A stretch of DNA of 63,239 nt, filler included, from Hyphochytrium catenoides (Eukaryota; Protista; Hyphochytriomycota): assembly GCA_900088475.1 (NCBI GenBank). It is 6 parts of 6 records of this genome, joined end to end, with 100 filler letters (N's around TTAATTAATTAA, not from the genome) between each part and the next. Parts side by side here need not be neighbours in the genome. Positions count along the whole stretch, not along the records: positions 1 to 31,225 come from FLMG01001895.1; 5 more parts are not named here. One strand, 5' to 3'. The notes beneath the pieces are model-generated. The model was not told the DNA's origin and did no database searches. It saw only the letters and a list, made by a program, of their open reading frames with translations. Each line of letters opens with the position of its first letter. Position 1 is the first letter of the stretch. Position numbers and translations under genes: made by a program. Shown here in pieces: positions 1 through 12,231 of this stretch.

Positions 1-64
1 GTTGCATGCAATTTGCATGCAAGTATGCGACTTATGATAAATTGCATGCAATTTCGAAACCCTG
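1..64. mobile_element. Possible terminus of a DNA transposon (hAT-like), with subterminal palindromic TTGCATGCAA repeats
   Basis: The reverse complement begins CAGGGTTTCGAAATTGCATGCAA, and TTGCATGCAA occurs three times in ~50 nt. The other end is not in the window. Confidence 0.3.
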
Positions 65-3000
65 CTTCCTAGTCACAATCATGTGAAATTTCCTCGAGTC
101 CGGAAATCAAATACGAAACAACTTCTTGATTCATTTAAACTAGTTTTTTTTGGTGTTAGCCTGTCCGGTAATATGACGGTGGTCGATAATTGGTGGACGT
201 ACCCTTACTACAGAGCTTGATACGACGGAGTAATTCATTCTTCTTCAGATTTATTTGTAAATTCATCCTTTTGTTCAAATCAAATAATTACCGAAATGGG
301 AATTGCGAACATATCCAAATCAATTTCGCCACCGCCAGGCCAAATCGGAAAACGGTCAAGCCGAATTCCGTTCCAATAAATAGCACCAGGGAAGAAGAGG
401 AGGAGGTAGCCCCGAACAAGAAAGCTAAGAAGAAGAAGAATGAGGAGAAGAGTAGTGGTGAAGATGGATCTGCGCCGCTGCGGCGCCCGTCAGAGCAGCA
501 GCAGTATTAGCTCTATTATCATCACATCGAAATATCCGCGCCTGATTGAAGCCTTCTTCATCATTCAAATAGTATAAAAGCCATCTTCTCCTGCTGCTGC
601 TAGCTTATTTGTTCTACCACCCGCCCGCGTAACGGCTTGCTTTGCTTTGCATCAGTAGTCTGGTGGTGGCTGTTCTATATATTAGACAGAGACCGCCTGT
701 TCTTCTATTGTTTGGGTGGGCTTTATTATGGCGCTCCTTTGTGAGAGATAACTGCGTCTGAGCAGATCGTCATAGCCGGAGGAGTAGAGGTCCATCTTCT
801 TTTTGTGCTGCCGAACCAAGCAAAAATCCTCGCTCCTCCGCCTTCTCCGTCTCTTCTCGCAACCGGGGGCTCCTAATAATAACAAACTGCAGGTGACTCA
901 TTTTCTTTCTTAATTCCTTTATCGGACGAATGATAATAATGAAGAACGAGAAGAGTCATCTCGTCACCGGATGAAGACGAGAACTGTTGCTGGCTGGTGG
1001 TACTACTACTACTTGTGGGTTCCGATGCGGATAAAGAAATGCACCTTGATGACAGGAAGAAAGAAAGAGCGATTAGCGCGGGAAGGCAGGAGAGAAGGGG
1101 CGAGCGGCTTGCTCCTCACAACTTAACCCAAAGACGTAGCCGAACAGAATAGGAGAAGGGAGGAGATAATAATAGTTGTCCTAAGTAAAAGATGGCTGCT
1201 TGTTGGAACTGACCTTCTTTTTTGGCTCTTCTTTCTCCTCTCTGGCAGGTTTGAACTAAGAAGAAGAAGAAGGGTAGCATCAACAACTTCATCTTAGTAG
1301 CATGACCAAGCCTGGTCTTCTCCTCTCTCTACTAGGAAGTCTTCTCAGGAACTCAGCAACAATGGCTCTTTGTTGTCTTGCGGCACAATTTCATGTCATT
1401 TGCCATCTCCCTTACCCCTCTCTCCTTCCTCCCTTCTTCTTCCGGGAAACCATCATTGAAAAAGGAGGTATAATCATATCATCTTCCAGAATCTACTACG
1501 CGTTGGCCACTCACTATAAAGATCAAGAAGAGGGAAGCGCAAAGACTAACAATCGAAAATGGAACGCACAAGAAGAAGGTAGTGGCCTCCACCACCAGCG
1601 CCCCATTTAATTCGCTATGACATGGCCCTCGTAAATAACGGCTTTTGCTCTTCTTGTAGAGTACTTTTTGGTCTCCGTGCTCCTCTTCTTGTTCAAGACC
1701 AATAGAACCCCCTTTATTTTTTGCCTATCAGGGCTTGCGTGATGTTATTCTTCCTACCGGACCACTAATAACAAAGTTGCAATATTCCCCTTTGTAGGGC
1801 GCACCGATGATGATGAAGAAGAAAGTGGACAACCTGACGACGACAAGAACTACTACAGCAGGCCTGTTTTCTTCCGTGGTGGTCAGGCTGCTCGCTCCTC
1901 TCGAACCATATTCACATCTTCTCATCCTTTGATAGTTCAGATAAGTACTGCTGGATTGCCCTCGGCAGTGTCTCCGGAGGAGAGAACATTCAACCATAAT
2001 GAGCAGAAGAAGGAGGAGACGATGGTGGTTCCATTTGCAGAAGAAGAGGAAGAAGCCCAGTCCTCACCAACCAAAGACAACAATAATGCAACCACCACCT
2101 TCTTCTCTTTTCCTCTTCGATGCTCTCTTCAAATCTGTTGGATGCCCGCACGTCCCTCTTCTACATTCTCTGAGCATGATAGCTACGACTCCTCCTACCG
2201 ACCGAGGAAGAAAAAGCAACCACAACAAGAAGAAGAAAAAAAGCTGAAAGAGGATGAACATGGCCTCCTAGTCTACCAGCAGCACCAAATGGTAGGGAGA
2301 CGCATCAATTTATCCTCTCAACAATCTCTATCAGCTTTCATGAAGAAACTAGCTCTGTGCTGAATACATTTGACTTTCTTTGCCTTCTTCATTTTTGTTG
2401 TTGATAGTTATAGTCAAATCTTTGTTCCATTTTGTTTTCTCCTTTGTCTTCTTCTTTTTTCCTCCTTGTTCTAAGTGGTTCACAGCAGAGGAGTACTAGC
2501 TCCCTCTGACCTGTTGCTTGATCTCATATATTCTCTATTATCAGCGTGTGGGGACACTCCGTGTATGCACGCACTAACGTTGCTCTCTTCTCTCTTCTGT
2601 GTCACTAAGCCTCCTTCCTATTTCGCCTCACTCTTGTTGTTCGTTTTTTTTGCCTCATTATTATCCCTTGTTTTACTATCCTTCTCACTCTCTTCTCTTC
2701 TTGTCTGACGACCAACATTTCTTCGTGCATCTCTTTAGAAAATCTATGAGTGGAATATTATCGATGGCCTACATGGTGGACAAAGCTATAGTCTGAGGCT
2801 CGACCGCTGTCTTTGTCTAGAGCCACCAGAAAGAAATCCTCAGAATGTTCACAACAAGAAACAGAAGAAGAAGGATAAAGGAGAAGAGGAGGAAAAGGAA
2901 GAGAAGAGAACGGTTACCAAGGAGAAGGGCGAAGAGATGAAGTCGATTGACATCGATGAGGTAGTCGTCAATACCTTTCTCTCCGAGCAGCGGCTTCTTC

Positions 3001-6000
3001 TTTATCATCATTTACCGGCCTTCTTCTCCATTTGAACTCCAGAGAAGAGGAGCATCAAAGCATGCTTTCTGGCGATCAAAGACAGTCTTTTTCTCTGTAC
3101 CCGCACACGGCGTAGGACACAGCGATGGGAGGCCTTCCATCGGTAAGAGGAGGAAGTGGTCGAATTCGCTGGAATCCTCTTTTTGTTGTCCCACTACCCT
3201 CCTTGACCTTTCCCCTTAATTTTCTTTATTCTTTGCCTCTCTTCTCCTTTCTTCCTTCCCGGTCTCTCTCGTTGTGGCCTTGCTGAGGAGAAGGGGACAG
3301 ATTGCGTTGCTTTGATGGGGGCAAAGGAAGTCCTACTGATCGTACGGGTCACCAGCAACAACGGGGAGATGGAAGTACTTTCTCCTTCTCACTTTTTCGG
3401 TCTTCTTGTTGGCAGTCTTGTTTCCCTCATCGATCGCCTGTCTCTCTGTTCTTCCAAATCTGCTCCTCTGTCAAACCGTTGTCTTACCGCTTGGCTACGT
3501 CTAACTGATCATTGTCAGTGACGCTCCGGCTGAAAAAGGAGAAGCGTCCTTATGCCGCAGAAGGAGAAAATGGGCGAGCTCCTTCTCCTCTCTCTTCGTC
3601 ATCCGTGATGTCCATCTCAAGACTCTGCCATAGTACTGAGGATGGGCGTCACAACGGCAATGTTCCAGAGCAATCAAAGGAGAGGGCATGGGAGCCAGAA
3701 AATGGATCGCTGGTCGAGTAAGAGAGCTGATGACCTACTACCTTTCTCTCGCTTCGCGTTGTCATTGCTACATTTGTTTCCTTTCTTCCGTCTTCACTCT
3801 ACCTCATTTACTCCTCCTCTATGTTGGCTCCTCATCGTTGTCTTGCTTTCCATATTGTTCTTCATGAGGAGAAAGAATATCTCGTCAGACCTGCGGCGTA
3901 GCTTTCTTACTGTCTTCCTCTCTCCTCTCTCCTCATGGCGCGTTGCTGTTGCCCCCATACATCCTTTTCTTCTCCTCCTGTATGTCTTGGACGCTCTTTT
4001 ATGCGGCTTACGTACCCTTTCTCCAATCAGATGGATGCTTCAAAAGACACGGACCGAGAGAACAAGAGCAAGCTTTCTTTCCCTCTTCGTCCTCGCTTAT
4101 CTTCTTTTGCTTCTTCTCTCTCCACCTCCTCTAGGCCTCTTCCTTGTTGCGCCTCTTCTTCTTCTTTCCTCCACCGCAACTGCTCTACCATTCCGTTCTG
4201 GGCTCGTTGACCCTCGCCCGAAAGCCTCTGAAGAACGGAAGGAGAAAAGACAAAAGTTCTTCAACAGAGCGGATAAGATGGCCGCTTCTCCCCATGCAAC
4301 CATCTCTCAGACAAGAATGAGGGAAGAAGAAGAAGAGAAACCTGGTAGCAGGAAGAGAAGGGGAAGAAAGCCATCGTCTTCCAAGGTCTACCCTTACTAC
4401 TCCTCTGAAGAGGCAAAGTCATCCTTATCCTCCGCCGCCATTCCGCCTAAGATTGCGAAGATCAGAAAGGAAATGAAGTTAGAAACGGAAGCAACCCTTG
4501 CCTCTCAACCTGCGTGGGACGCGTCAGAAGATTCAAAGCCATCCACCGTAGAAGATGATGATGACAGTACTGAGAACAGTAAGGCCCATCTCCCTCTTCG
4601 TCATGTTTTCTCTTTTATCCGTTCTTTCTCTCTCCCGTAGTAGCGTCTTGGTGCGACGGTCGCCACCTCACTGGGTTGTCTCTTCTCCTTCTTCTCCAAC
4701 TCACTCCGTTCGTGAAATCGTTATCTTTGTTATCTTCTAGAGTTTCCTTCTTCTTTCGTCTTCCTCCTCCTATCCACTTCTCCATTTTTTCATCACTTCT
4801 CCTTCTTCCTCTCCTTGTATCATCACTCATTGAAGTGAACACTAGTATTGGTGAAGAAAAAGAGGCAACTGCCAGGAGACAGAGAGAAGTGCTTCAGATG
4901 GCGAAAGAGAAGGGAGAAGAAGATGAAGCAAATGAAGAGGAAGAAGGTGACCAGATAGAAGAAGAAAGAAGGATAATAGCCGCAGCAAGAAGAGGAAGAA
5001 GGGTTCAACTAGAAAAGAGGAGGAGAGCAGTTCCCTTTCCTATGATGAGGAGGTAAGCAGCCAGAGCAAAAGAGTAGTAGAAGATGAAAAAAGAGATATG
5101 GAGAATGCAGAGAAGGGAAGAAGTAGGAAAGGAAAGACAGACCAAGAGTTGAAAATACTGCATAGACGAAAGGAGAGAATGATAATAAGGGGAACAACAG
5201 AGCAAGTCTGACATAGTTTGATGATGAAGGAGCGAGATACTGTCGGAGAAATCTCTCTTATTCTGCCTCATCTTCTCTCTCTCTTTGTCTCATTCACTCT
5301 TCTCTCTCTCTTCTTACTGTGCTTAGGTTGTTAGCTTTCTTTATCCTTCTCTTCTCTTTTCAGTTCTTCTGGACCTGACAGGATGCGCCACTCGGGCTAG
5401 GTTGTTACCAAGATTTGCAAAGTGCAAGCCTTCAGTACGTAATGTTGGAGGATGCAGAAGAAAAGAAAGAGACGACGAAGATACATGTCGCCTCGCTCCT
5501 TCTTCTCTCTCCGCAGAGGAGGCCGTTGCGCTTTATGATCTCCTACGTTCGAAGTTAAGCTTCAGAAGAAGAGTAGAGGGCACTAGGACGCTCCCAGCTT
5601 ACGACGAGAAGAAGCTAGAAGAAGAGGAGAGAGATGACGAAAGACTTCAGGAAGAAGAAGAAGAAGAAGCAGGACAAGACTGTGAGCCTTATCTTCTTCC
5701 CTTCGTCCTATCTCCTTTCATCAAATATGCCGTTGTTCCTCTCTCTTCTCCGCACCTCGCTACTCCCTCCTCTCCTTCTCCGTCTACGATAACTGTCTAT
5801 CGGTAGTTTTCTTCTAGGTATGATGGGTTTGCCTCCTTTGTTTTTTCTCTCTAAACACTTCTGATGCTTGTTGCTTATTAACGAAGGTAATATTAAGAGA
5901 GAAAGCACGAGGACAGACGAAAGAAGGATGGAAAGAAGGACAACAATAGCATCTTCGTCCGCGTTTGATCAACCGAAGAGAGAACGCCCCTCCATTGCGT

Positions 6001-6460
6001 GTGAGGAGCTCTCGGCCCTCTTTAAAAGGTAACGTTCTTCATACTACTTCTGTTTTTCTCAATAATTAACCCCGTCCTCTCCTGATTCTTCTTCTAGACC
6101 TCGTTCTCTCTGTCTTCTTACTTCTTTTCTTCTTTGTCTACTTCCTATCCCTCACTTCTTAACTCCTCCTCCCTGTTCATATTTTGTCTGCAGTGTCGCT
6201 CTCCTCGTTATTCCCTCTTTTGGCTTTTGTTTCGCTTCATTTTTCTATTGCTGGCCTTGGTGTTCGAATCCTTGCATCTTGTCCTCAATTCGATAGCTGA
6301 GCAGAAATGGGAAGAAGGAGACAGAAGAAGAACTAAGATCTCACCGCAAAATGAGACTTGGTAACAAGCTGTTTTCTCAGATCCGTGCACTTCTATATCT
6401 TGTTGACATTTACTATTACCGTTCTGTCTGTTCGACCGTCATCTTCCTTCACTTTCTCTC

Positions 6461-6550
6461 GTGTCTACGCGTTGTCCTCTCTCTTCTCAAAGTTCTGCTA
6501 AGAAAGTGTCTACGCGTTGTCCTCTCTCTTCTCAAAGTTCTGCTAAGAAA
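6461..6550. repeat. Perfect 45-bp tandem duplication
   Basis: gtgtctacgcgttgtcctctctcttctcaaagttctgctaagaaa appears at 6461-6505 and again at 6506-6550. Confidence 0.9.
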
Positions 6551-7470
6551 GTACCTCTTCCAATAGTCTCCATAGCCTTCTAGCGCGTGGTCTGACTTCT
6601 CTTTTGTATGGTGGGCTAACCTCCTCCCAATGTGTCCTTTCCTTCTCTACCTTCCTCTTTCCATTTTTCCACAAAATAAATGCACCAGCGCCGGACGTCG
6701 AGGAGGAGAAAGTTTACTGGCAGAGACCAAGTGAAGAAGAACTGCGTCTTCAACGAGACCGACGGAAAGTGAACGATAGCAGCAGCTCTACTCACTCAGG
6801 CACAACCTCTCAACCGAGAAAAGAAGAAGATCAAAAGAAAGTCGAAGTTGAAGAAGAAGAAGAGCTCAGTCTCCCAACAGCAATTCTTATGGGGACTGTC
6901 AAAAGTACGTTCCGTTTCGCTTAGGGAGATGTTATTATGGACCCTTAACAGAGAGGGAGGAAGAAACATAATAGAGGAGAAAACCGTCAGGAAAAGCAAG
7001 AGAAAAAGAGGAGAGAAAGAGAAGGGGCCGCCGGAGAAAAGGAGAGATTGCGGTGGTGCGAGCAAGAAACAAAGGAACATCGGACAGAGAGAAGGGGAAA
7101 TGGTTCTAGCTTCGCTATGGTCCTCTTCTTTCTTATCGATCCTCCTTCTCCTCCCGTCCCTAGTGACACAGCATAATCTCACCTTTCTCTCTTCTTCTAC
7201 ACTTTCTCTCTTTCCCCTTCGCGCTCTTTCCTTCCCTATCTCCTCCTCATTTTCTCGCTTGTCATCAATCCTCTAATCGATTTCTTCTGTCTCTTGGGTA
7301 CTCCCTTATCAGGCCAAGAAGAGGAGGAACAGCAATGGAGAACATTCTTTGACAATGTGATCTATGGCAAGGGACTGGCGTAGGCGGTCGATGGCTGAAG
7401 AAGACAAGTCAGGAAAGTCGGCGGGAAGAGATGAAATACAGAGAAAGAGAGAAAGACAAGAGTGAACAAT

Positions 7471-7528
<58 letters not shown>

Positions 7529-8326
7529 GGATAAAGAGACAACAGGACACAGACCACCTAGTCGGGTCCCATCGACAGAAGAAAGAGCAATCCGGTTTTT
7601 CCCTTCCTTCTTCTTTTGTTTGTGCTCTTCTTTAGATCAATACGAGCTCCACCTCTGATGCCGCGAACGTTGTCTCCTTCTCCTTTCCCTCATTTTCTTT
7701 TATCAAAGATCTAGGATCGCTCCCTTTGGTTCTTGCACTTCTCTCCTTTGAAGTATCTCTTTTATCCTCATCCTCCTCGCCTTATTATCTTCTCCATTTC
7801 GAGTCTTCGTTTCCCTGCTTCCTCTTACACTCATCATCAGGCAGGCCCTCTCTCATGTCTTGTCCTCCACACCACCACACCCCTGTCTCTCTCTCTCTTT
7901 CTGTCTCCCTCTCTTGTGGTCTCTCTTCTTTCTCTCCTCTCTCTCTTTCTTCTCTCTCTCCTCTGTCTCGCTCTCCTATAAAAAAATGGTTCTTGCCTTC
8001 TCCTTTGACATGATGCTCTTTCTCTCCCACTTCTGTCCTTCTCCTTATTCTCTCTGTTGCTTGTATGGCCGTGTAGCCCCAGCTCTCGTTATTTTTCCTT
8101 ATTTCCCTTCCACAATGACATCTTCTCCTTTCTCTCTCCAAGGAGTAGATTGTTTCTATAGTACTGCAGCGTCAGGTGTTTGGCTTGTGTTAGCATTCTA
8201 GACTTATTACCAGGGAGCGTTTAGGAAAAGGGTGGTAATAAGAGAAAGAGGGAGAAGAGAGAGAGGAGAGAGAGAGACGATAGGAGAGAGAGAAGAAAGA
8301 GAGAGAAGAAAGGAGAGAGAAACGAA

Positions 8327-8378
<52 letters not shown>

Positions 8379-11300
8379 GCCTGGGAAAGACCAGGCTGGC
8401 AACAAAAAGAAAAGCATTCCAGCAGCCAAAAGAGACCTTGCCGCTTTCCAAAATGATGCGCTAGCTAGGCCTCTACGATGGGAGAGAAATCTCCGAAATC
8501 AGAGACAGACCCTGGGAGGATACATACCGTAGGAAGAAGAAAGACATGGAAAGAGAAAAGGGAAAGAGAGAGAGAGAGACACAGAGATGCAGACGGCCGT
8601 ACGAAGGCCAGAGCCAACTTTGCGAGAAAGACAATGACAAAATAACCCCAAACAAGTTGGAAGCCCACCGAAATAGTTCGCACGCAGGCTATACGCTTAT
8701 CTTCTCCCTTCTCTCTCTCCTCCCGTCTTTATTATCCAAACGTTACCCTTCCGCAGGTAGGAGCAACACCGAGGAGAAGAAATGTCTCTGAGAGAGAGAA
8801 GTTCCGTACAAGAGAAGAGTGATTTTGGCTTTTATATAAAATTGTGAAAAGCAGGTGGAGCAAACCAGGAAGAAGAAAGAGTGGGAGGGATCGATGCATT
8901 ATAATGGCGCCGACGGGCAAGAGATAAAGAGGCAGTACAGGCGTCGGAAAGATACATGTGCCAGAAATTCCGTGCAGGTAGGTGCAAAAAAAGGATCAAG
9001 AAGTCAACAACCTCAAGGCTTTTGTTTCTCAAGAGGGTTTTTTGTCTCGGATGTGCAGACGCAAATGAGGTGCAAAAGATGATGAGGAGAGAAGGAAGGA
9101 GTCGTGTGAATGGAGCTACGCTTCAGTCAGCTATGGTGGGACTCCCACATTCCTGGTACGATGGGGCATGCAGCAACTGACACTGCCATTTCCTCCATCC
9201 TTTCTTCTCTCTCCCGATCCTTGCCCTTTCCATCTTGAAGAGGTAAGAGAGACCGCTAAGAAGACGTATACTGGCGCCTCTCTGCTCATCCGTGATAGAT
9301 GGACGCCATGACATCCCAGAGTTCTACCTCTGTGCTGGCGCTCTTTTTCTGAGAGAATCTGCTCCCACTCCTTCTCCTCTGCAAAACAAGAGCGATAAAT
9401 TTGAAGAGGGATGTGCTCACCCTGACAAAGAAAGAGGAAGCGGGCAAGTCTAGAAATTTCCTCTTCTGATAAGGAAACGGAGAGAAAGGGAGGTGGAAGA
9501 AGACGAGAACGAAGTGATCGTTTGTAGATGTGCTGCTGAGTGGAAGTGCGGGCTGGTGGGTTTGGACCAATGAGAGGCAGGAAAAAGAGAGGCAACCTCT
9601 TCAAACAGCTCTTCAAACACATCCCCAATACCTGTAAATGACCCGTACGTGAACACTCACATTCCGGGGTATTACGTAGGTGTCATGCGATGGAGAAGCA
9701 GATTCAGTCCCCTGTCAGGTGTAAAGACAAAAGATAGACTTTCTTTGCACTGTGGGCACTAGACCACTTTTTGCGAGCCATGCCGAACAAGCTAAATGGC
9801 ACTTTCAATAGCGTCCACCCCTCTTCTCTCTCCTTTGGCAGCGTGTCTTATCGAGTATTATTGTCAAGGAGGAAAGAGAGCAGGACCTTAGTAGTATTCT
9901 AGTGGTTCCGTTTGGACCAACTGAGAAAGCGAAGCGTCACGAGTTTAGAGAAGCAGAGGGAGCATCACACGCTAGACGTGAGGCGGACGGAATTTTGGCT
10001 CTGCAGCCTCGACACTGACTCCCTTTTTTCTGTAGAACTACTACCACACAAAACGGCCTCCAAGCACCAAAGCAGCCAAAGCATCTAGGCTCCTTGCAGA
10101 AACTCTTCCTTCTCCTCCTTACCTTCCCGTCACTGTCCAGCTCCAAAAGCACAAGTGAGCCATTTGTCCGCCATTGAGAAATCGATTCGATCCTGTAACT
10201 TATTGCACAAGTAAAATAATGGCACAAGAACAGGACAGCGAAGCCTGATCCTCTAGCCGGTTAAGCTGGGAGGGAGCACTCAGACAAATTTCAGCTCTGT
10301 CCTGATAGGCATCTGCTTTCCAGCAGTAAGAAGATAGTCAGTCGGCAGGAACTACCTGCCTAGAATCAGATGAGACAAGTCTGAAGAGACTTTGAGGGTC
10401 TTGAGGCCCACGATTGCTATAGATTTACTGTCAGCCAGCTACCGTTTTATGGTAGAGGTACAAGGGCGTGTACTGTACCGCTACTACGCTTTCTTATCCT
10501 AGTCCTATGATGAGATGAAATCGAAGCTCGAGAGATGCTTGCAGTCATAACTCTAACTATATCTACTACTAAGTACCACTACGATGTATATAATGCATAC
10601 CTGCTGTTTACTATGGCATTGTAGGTGCACCAGCTGGGTGCCAGATCTACTACTGTTAAAAAAGCAGTAAAACGGTATCGTACCACGACAAGAGCTGGAC
10701 TGGTTGTATTGCAAAGTAAAAAGTACTGCTTGGAGAGCTTTCATTAGACACCTTGTCGGGGTCTTTCCACTGTTGAGAGTACTGAAATTTTAAATGTTCA
10801 CTTATTGAGAGATCAGAATTATTGGGAAGCAATGGAGTTGTGTCTTCTTAATCATCGTGAAACTTTGTCGAATAAATGTATGAGCATTTCAATTCACGAG
10901 AAAGGAGAATGTCACTTTATTATGACCTATTATAAAACATGTCCAGGCCCTCGTCCTCCTAAAGAACGACTACTATAGTTCTATTAGATGTCCTAAGTCT
11001 TTGCTGTAAAACGGTAGTAGAATAGGCAAAGACTGGGATTCTCTCTGGAGGAGCATTTATTTAGCAAGGAAACAGGAAATGACTTCTAACTGTAGACCTA
11101 GCGAGAGGATCTGAGAATTATACGAGTGGCAGCTGCCAATGGCCTTGCCTTAAGTTATCACAGACGCCGGTCTCACCTCACATCAGTCTTACTCTAATTA
11201 GACAAGTCGGACTTCGACTCTTCTTCACTATGTTCACCACCTCTCTTTCTCTCTCTCTCTCTCTCTCTCTGTCTGTTCTTTTCACTCACTCGGTACCTAT

Positions 11301-12231
11301 AGCTTTCTGCTCTCTACTTTCTCTTGTCTCTCTCTGTATTTTCTTTTCTTTATAACAGGCTTCCCCTTACGGTTCGCTTCATTAGTACGCCTTTCCCGTC
11401 TTTGAGCTCATCCTTGGGCAGGGCACCTAATAGTTCTACCTTTTGGGTGATGTTGTCTCACTTCTGCTACTAGTGTTAGCCTCAAAATTCCTTGCTCTGG
11501 TCTTTCTTTGCTCGTGCCATTGAAGTTTCACAGCCCTTATGACCCCTCTGTCTCTATGCGCGGTCCTTATGTCTCGTCTCCGTTGTGTTCGACCCTGTTC
11601 ACCTTGAACCCTGAACTCTATGCACATAAACACGCTCAGAGAATCTTATTACCTCCTTCTGGCTACCTCCAAAAATGCACTCAAATTATTTGTGAGCAGA
11701 AGTTGTCTCTTTCTCCAGCTCCTGCCGGCTTTAGACTATCCCATCGAAGGGAGAGAAGAGAAGGAACAACAAAGAGAAAGCGAGGGAGGGTCATCCATGC
11801 ACCTGAAACTGCGACAGATATCTGCTGTTTTGGTGCATCAAAAATTTTCCTCCTCTATCTTTATACCTCTTTGTCACGTTTCCTTTCAGGCCTGCAATTC
11901 GCTCTCTTTCGTTCATGCCTTGGAACTTCCCCTGTCTGTCATCTCTACTCCGAGACATTTGCAATGCTCGCAGCAAGGTATACCTACTAGAGGAGAAGAA
12001 AGGGAGAGGATTGGAGTGGCAGCACTCTTTCTTCCAGGCCTGTTTCAGTCTTTCCTGGTCTAGCGCATCCCGCTTTCCTTCTTATCTCTCTCCTGCTGCT
12101 GGAGCTTCTCAGACATTCATTTTCAAAACGGAAGAGCCCGGTGCAGCACCAGTTACCGGCGCGGTGGTGATTCTGCTCCCAATCTGTCTCGATACCAACA
12201 TACGGGTCATCCCTTCGTCAACATACTAACC

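Noticed and set aside
190-11990. Many short ORFs and E/K/R-rich exon-like segments (e.g. 4200-4580, 4840-5056, 5402-5806, 9131-9628)
   Set aside because: No recognisable domain and no consistent spliced model. They may be a lineage-specific or decayed gene, but I cannot support a call.
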